A stretch of 64,000 nt of DNA. Origin: the human T2T-CHM13v2.0 reference genome, Homo sapiens. Shown in pieces: positions 56,996-64,000 of this stretch (positions are counted from its first letter, which is position 1; the number at the start of each line of letters is the position of its first letter). Where the stretch lies: NCBI RefSeq assembly GCF_009914755.1, contig NC_060931.1; one strand, written 5' to 3'. Below the pieces are notes generated by a model that had not been told where the DNA came from, searched no databases, and saw only the letters and a program-made list of their open reading frames with translations. The position numbers and the translations under genes are program-made.

Positions 56996-58174
56996 CTGTA
57001 TTCTCCTTCTTTCTCTTTCACACGTATAAATTTGCCTAAACGATGCCTGCAAGCCACCGCATAACCTTTGACTTGCACTTTTTGTGTGTTTCACAAAGCT
57101 GAGTGAACTAGCGAGTTAGCAGGAGTCCTCCTGGAAACTATTTCTACATGGGACTGCTAGGCCAGCAGTAACACAACTGCACTTGGAAATGACTGTAAAG
57201 CACATAAACACAAGCCCCTAATTCCATGCTCAGTGTATCGCCTTAAACAGATTCCAGAAATGCTTGTAGCCTCTGCCAAACCACAGGCACTAGCGAGTGT
57301 TAAATAGGAGAAGCAATGTTACTTATCCAATGGCAGTTTTTAAAAAAATCTTACATTTGCCAAAGTCACAAAAGCATATATCCATGTGAACACATGGCAA
57401 GGGCTCCGAAGGAGCTTACCCTGAAACTGAAGCATCATTTTCTTCATAGCAAATCTATTTCTAAGTATATGTATGAGTTCAGTGTCATAGGGGAGTACAG
57501 AAGATAGAGTGAGTAATGCCAGGAAAACTTTACCAAGGAGATGATATTTGCTCTTGCTAGGAAAAGAGGAGGCAGCAGGTAGAGAGAAAATACTGGACTT
57601 ACAAATCAACAGGAAATACGTATAATGAGTGTAGCTTTAAAGATCTGGTTTGGATAAACATTCTAAATTTGAATGCTTATCTCAATCTCTAGATGTTTTC
57701 TGAAAACCAACTACATTTAGAAAATAGGAATGTAAATATTCTGAGAATGGATTCTTTCCTCTGTGAACTTTTGCCTGAAGAACAAACTTGCCTTGTTTCC
57801 CAGTGGGTATACAACAATAATCTGGGCTAGACTTCTCTTAAAGGAGACATAACAAGCTATCAGTAATATTCCATTTGTAATATTGATCAAATAAAACAGT
57901 GTATCTCTTTAATTCCTCTCCCAGACTCTCATTCCTTTACTGTTGTTGTTTCTTTACTTCTCATTCTCCCTTTTTTCTTTCATTTTTAATGCACCCCATT
58001 AAATAAAAATCCCAATTCTCCTCCCTTCCCACCCTTTCCTAATATGGCCTCTGGAAAACCTCCTTCAGTAAAGAAACTCCTATATGTCCTTTATGTCTTC
58101 CTGCCATAGCTTTGCCTTAATTGAGATCTGCTTCTTTTTCCTATTGAGAAAGATTTTTTTTTAGCTCTTAAATT

Positions 58175-58321
58175 TAGGGCAACGGTACACTTCATCATTC
58201 TAACTGGAAAATTTCAAAGAGTGAAAAGCGGGATGTTGGGGGGCAGTCTGTTTATCATAAGGCTGGGATCACAGGCATAAACCTAAACTGCCTGGGACAA
58301 GCCAAGATGTCTGTTACTCTA
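58175..58321. mobile_element. MER81-like hAT-Blackjack element
   Basis: tagggcaac...gagtgaaaagcgg...caggcataaacc...gttactcta. Confidence 0.55.
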
Positions 58322-58462
58322 CCTTAACCACAAACATGAAATTAGAGTTGGGTCAGAAAAAAAAGAAGTAAAGTTTCTTAAATCTCCATCGTCACTTCCA
58401 AAATATTTTTTCACTATTATTTGACAGTTCATCACCCAGATAACTGTATTGCCAGCCTAGCA

Positions 58463-58669
58463 CAGGGGTCAGCAAGCTACAGCCTGCAGGCCACGCCTGT
58501 TTTTACAAATAAATTTTTATCTGAATACAGCCACAGTCTTCATTTGCATATTGTCTGGCTGCTTTTAGCTACAGTGGCAGAGTTGAGTGATTGCAACAGA
58601 GCAGAATGGCTCCATAAAGCCTAAAAGATTTACTGTACAGTCCTGTAAACAAAAGTTTGCTGATCCCTG
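58463..58669. mobile_element. MER58A (hAT-Charlie)
   Basis: Terminal inverted repeats caggggtcagcaagct / agtttgctgatccctg. Confidence 0.9.
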
Positions 58670-59040
58670 GAATCCACTGTAAGTGGGGGTCTGAGCATGT
58701 ATGTGTCTATTGATCTTACTCATCATGTATATCAAAACAACACATGAAGCACAGAGTAGTTGCTCAGTATTTGTTTTATAAATAAATAAAATGTAAAATA
58801 AAGCTACAATAACTAATATGCATGAACAGACTGATCGATTGAACAGAAAACACAAAGTCTCCCTGATAGTTACCAGTATTTAGCATAGGTATTTAGTATT
58901 TAGTAAATTTTCTACAAAAGAAAAAAAATGGCTTACGAAGTAAATAAACTTGAAAAAAAATTAAACTGTTTGGAAAAATTATATATTTACCTTAGCTATT
59001 TTGTGTGCAGAAAAAAATGTTTTCTAGTTAGATTGGGAAC

Positions 59041-59156
59041 ATCTGCCACCACACTGATGCTCTCCTCTTTGAACTGCAGAAGTAACTCTGCACCCCTGCT
59101 CTGGCTTGAGCTCCTCCTTGTTCCACACACTCGGGCTGTCACTCCACTCATTTTGT
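59041..59156 (+). repeat. L2-like segment with a direct duplicate at 60662-60775
   Basis: Manual alignment: 116 nt, about 23 mismatches plus a 2-nt gap (~78%). Confidence 0.85.
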
Positions 59157-59209
59157 TTTCTTCTTTCTCCAGGATCTTCCATTTCTACCCCTCCTAACTC
59201 TTACTCAAG

Positions 59210-59435
59210 AGGCAATGGTTATATACAAGGGCTTTTGAGTCAGACTTCCTGGGTCTGATCCTGGCTCTAACTCTAGCTAGTTAATCTTGGGCAAGTTTTT
59301 AACCTTTCTGTGCTTTACTAGGCTTGTCTTAAAAATAAGGAGAGCTATCTCATAGATGCCTCATAAATTTTTTGTGAGAAGTAAACACAACACTTCATAT
59401 AAAGTGCAAGAACACTAACACATAATTAGCACTTG
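59210..59435 (+). mobile_element. MIR
   Basis: ttgagtcagacttcctgggt...tcttgggcaagtttttaacc. Confidence 0.7.
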
Positions 59436-59519
59436 ATTTTTAAAAAATAATCGTAAAAAATAAAATTATATTTAAGGCTAAGCTATCTTTACAAATCCAA
59501 ATGGTGTATGACTCTATAT

Positions 59520-61760
<2,241 letters not shown>

Positions 61761-61824
61761 GAAGGTGTATTAGCAGAAAGTGGAGGTTGTGATGTAGATG
61801 TAGTTAAAAATTAACCTGTGTTAA

Positions 61825-61989
<165 letters not shown>

Positions 61990-62648
61990 TTACGTCTATG
62001 GATTAGATTAGTAGTATTTAATTTTCCTTATTAGCTTGAATTCAATGAATCCGTCTTAATTTTGGTTCTTTAGGTGGAGGGAAGCCTATATATTAATATG
62101 CTAATTAATTGGAAGTATAATCCTAGGGCACTAACAGTGAGAGAAAAAGAAAGTGAGGCAAAGAAGATTGAAAAATAAATGCAAGGGGATATATTATCTA
62201 TCGCTATCTGACAAGCCTTAAAATGACATGTCTGGAAAACTTGTGTAATGAAACAGTCCATTGGCAGGAAAAATAGGAAATTTATCTGCTGTCTCTTTTG
62301 TGTCTCTTACCAACTATTGGTCAAAATTTGCCCTGGCCTGCCTCTCTTTGTTGTGTCCTGGTCCCTATGGCAGCCTCTGGTGAAGTGAGATCCCAAATTC
62401 TGCAGTGGCAGCTGTAGTGGGGATAGTAATACAGAGTCTGAAAGCTAGGCAAGTCCAGGAAGCTCTGAGGAGACATGTGGACAGTGTTTGACAAACCCCC
62501 ATATAACTCCATCAGCAGATTTAATAGTTAATGCCTCCTAAACACCAATGCAATTTATTTCTCCTCTCAGCAAGAACTCACATCTATGCTTCAATACTTT
62601 CAAGTAATGTTTTAATTAGAAGAAAATAGTAATTTAGAAGTACTATCT

Positions 62649-62981
62649 GGCCAGGCGTGGTGACTCACACCCATAACCCCAGCAGTCTGGGAGGCCCAGG
62701 CAGGAGGCTTGTTTGAGGCCAGTAGTTCGAGATCAGTCTGTACAACATAGGGAGACCACATCTGTACAAAAAATTGTTTAAAAATTATCTGGGCATGGTG
62801 GTGCACAACTGTAGCCCCAGTGTACTCTAGAGTACACTGTGTACTCTAGATGAGGTGGAGAGTCACTTTAGCCCAGGAGGTCAAGACTGCAGTGAGCCCT
62901 GATAACGCCACTACACTCCAGCGCAGGTGACAGACTGAGACCCTATCTCAAAAAAAGAAAAGAAAAGAAAAGAAAAGAAAA
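62649..62981 (+). mobile_element. AluJ with an internal palindrome
   Basis: Diverged dimer with a (GAAAA)n tail; TSD tactatct. Confidence 0.93.
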
Positions 62982-63422
62982 TCAATACTATCTGATAGCT
63001 GTTATTTTTAAAATGAATATCAACTTATATGTTGCTTACAATTGTGGAATAGCTTGAAAATACATAGGCATTTGGGACTATTAGTTCATTGTTTTATGAG
63101 TATTCACAGTTAGAGTTTCTCACTCATTTCCTAAATTATTTCTCAAATAAGAAATAACCTGATACTACATTTTATTCTAACCGTACTTTTCAATCTCTTT
63201 GATATTTAGAATGTTGATGACTAAGGCAAATTTCATGACTTTTTAATATCTAATCATAAAATTTTTCCTTATAAAGTTTCAGTTTGAACTCCTGTAGCAA
63301 GGATTTTTTACCATTTCCGTTTTAACTATTTTTGGACCCAGCTGACTAGAATAATATTTGTATGTGAATTAGCTGTGAAGTCTACACAGATTTACAAATA
63401 AAATATCATTGTTAGAAAACTT

Positions 63423-63713
63423 GGCCGGGCGTGGTGGCTCACGCCTGTAATCCCAGCACTTTGGGAGGCCGAGACGGGCGGATCATGAAGTCAGGAGATC
63501 GAGACCATCCTGGCTAACATGGTGAAACCCTGTCTCTACTAAAAATACAATAAATTAGCCAGACATGGTGGCGGGTGCCTGTAGTCCCAGCTACACTGGA
63601 GGCTGAGGCAGGAGAATGGCGTGAACCCGGGGGCGGAGCTTGCAGTGAGCTGAGATAGCGCCACTGCACTGCAGCCTGCGTGACAGAGCGAGACTCAGTC
63701 TCAAAAAAAAAAA
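63423..63713 (+). mobile_element. AluY
   Basis: gagatcgagaccatcctggctaac; ggcgtgaacccgg; TSD gaaaactt. Confidence 0.97.
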
Positions 63714-64000
63714 GGAAAACTTATTTTGGCACCAAATTTTATGGCAGGCTACTACTGAATGGTAATGTTACTTGTTTTAAAGGTACCTCAAGAATAAATG
63801 AGTCCACCTAAGATATTTAAAACCGCACCTTTGACACAATCTGGTATTAACTAAAGAGTAATTCTAAATTCTGGAATAGATGATCAATATTAAAAAGTGT
63901 ACAGTTTATTTTACATACAAATAATTGAGTTACTTTAAGAAAAGTACAAAAATAAAGATTAATATCTATTTAAATTATACTGACAGGAAAAATTTTCATA

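Overview
This is primate, most likely human, nuclear DNA: AT-rich, CpG-depleted and carrying AluY elements. It reads as intronic or intergenic. I found no recognisable protein-coding exon, RNA gene, CpG island or prokaryotic feature. The ORF track is made of Alu, LTR and L1 read-through or chance ORFs. Interspersed repeats dominate: 24 Alu/FLAM pieces (19 on +, 5 on -), a two-LTR THE1 provirus, an MSTB provirus with one truncated LTR, several solo LTRs, old L1M fragments including a 2.6 kb L1MA, L2/MIR/L3 remnants, and MER5, MER2, MER58 and MER81 DNA transposons. I did not find a convincing new biological system. The most unusual signals are: (i) three old, short, locally templated copies pasted into older repeats (332-462 matches 3085-3290 inverted; 706-742 matches 1760-1795; 60662-60775 matches 59041-59156); (ii) fold-back and slippage scars; (iii) an odd THE1 junction; (iv) candidate regulatory motifs in repeat-poor stretches (divergent CTCF sites, a tandem GAS pair, a PU.1/GATA/RUNX cluster, a DUX4 site in a THE1 LTR). 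Repeat subfamily names and the boundaries of old repeats come from remembered consensus sequences and are approximate.
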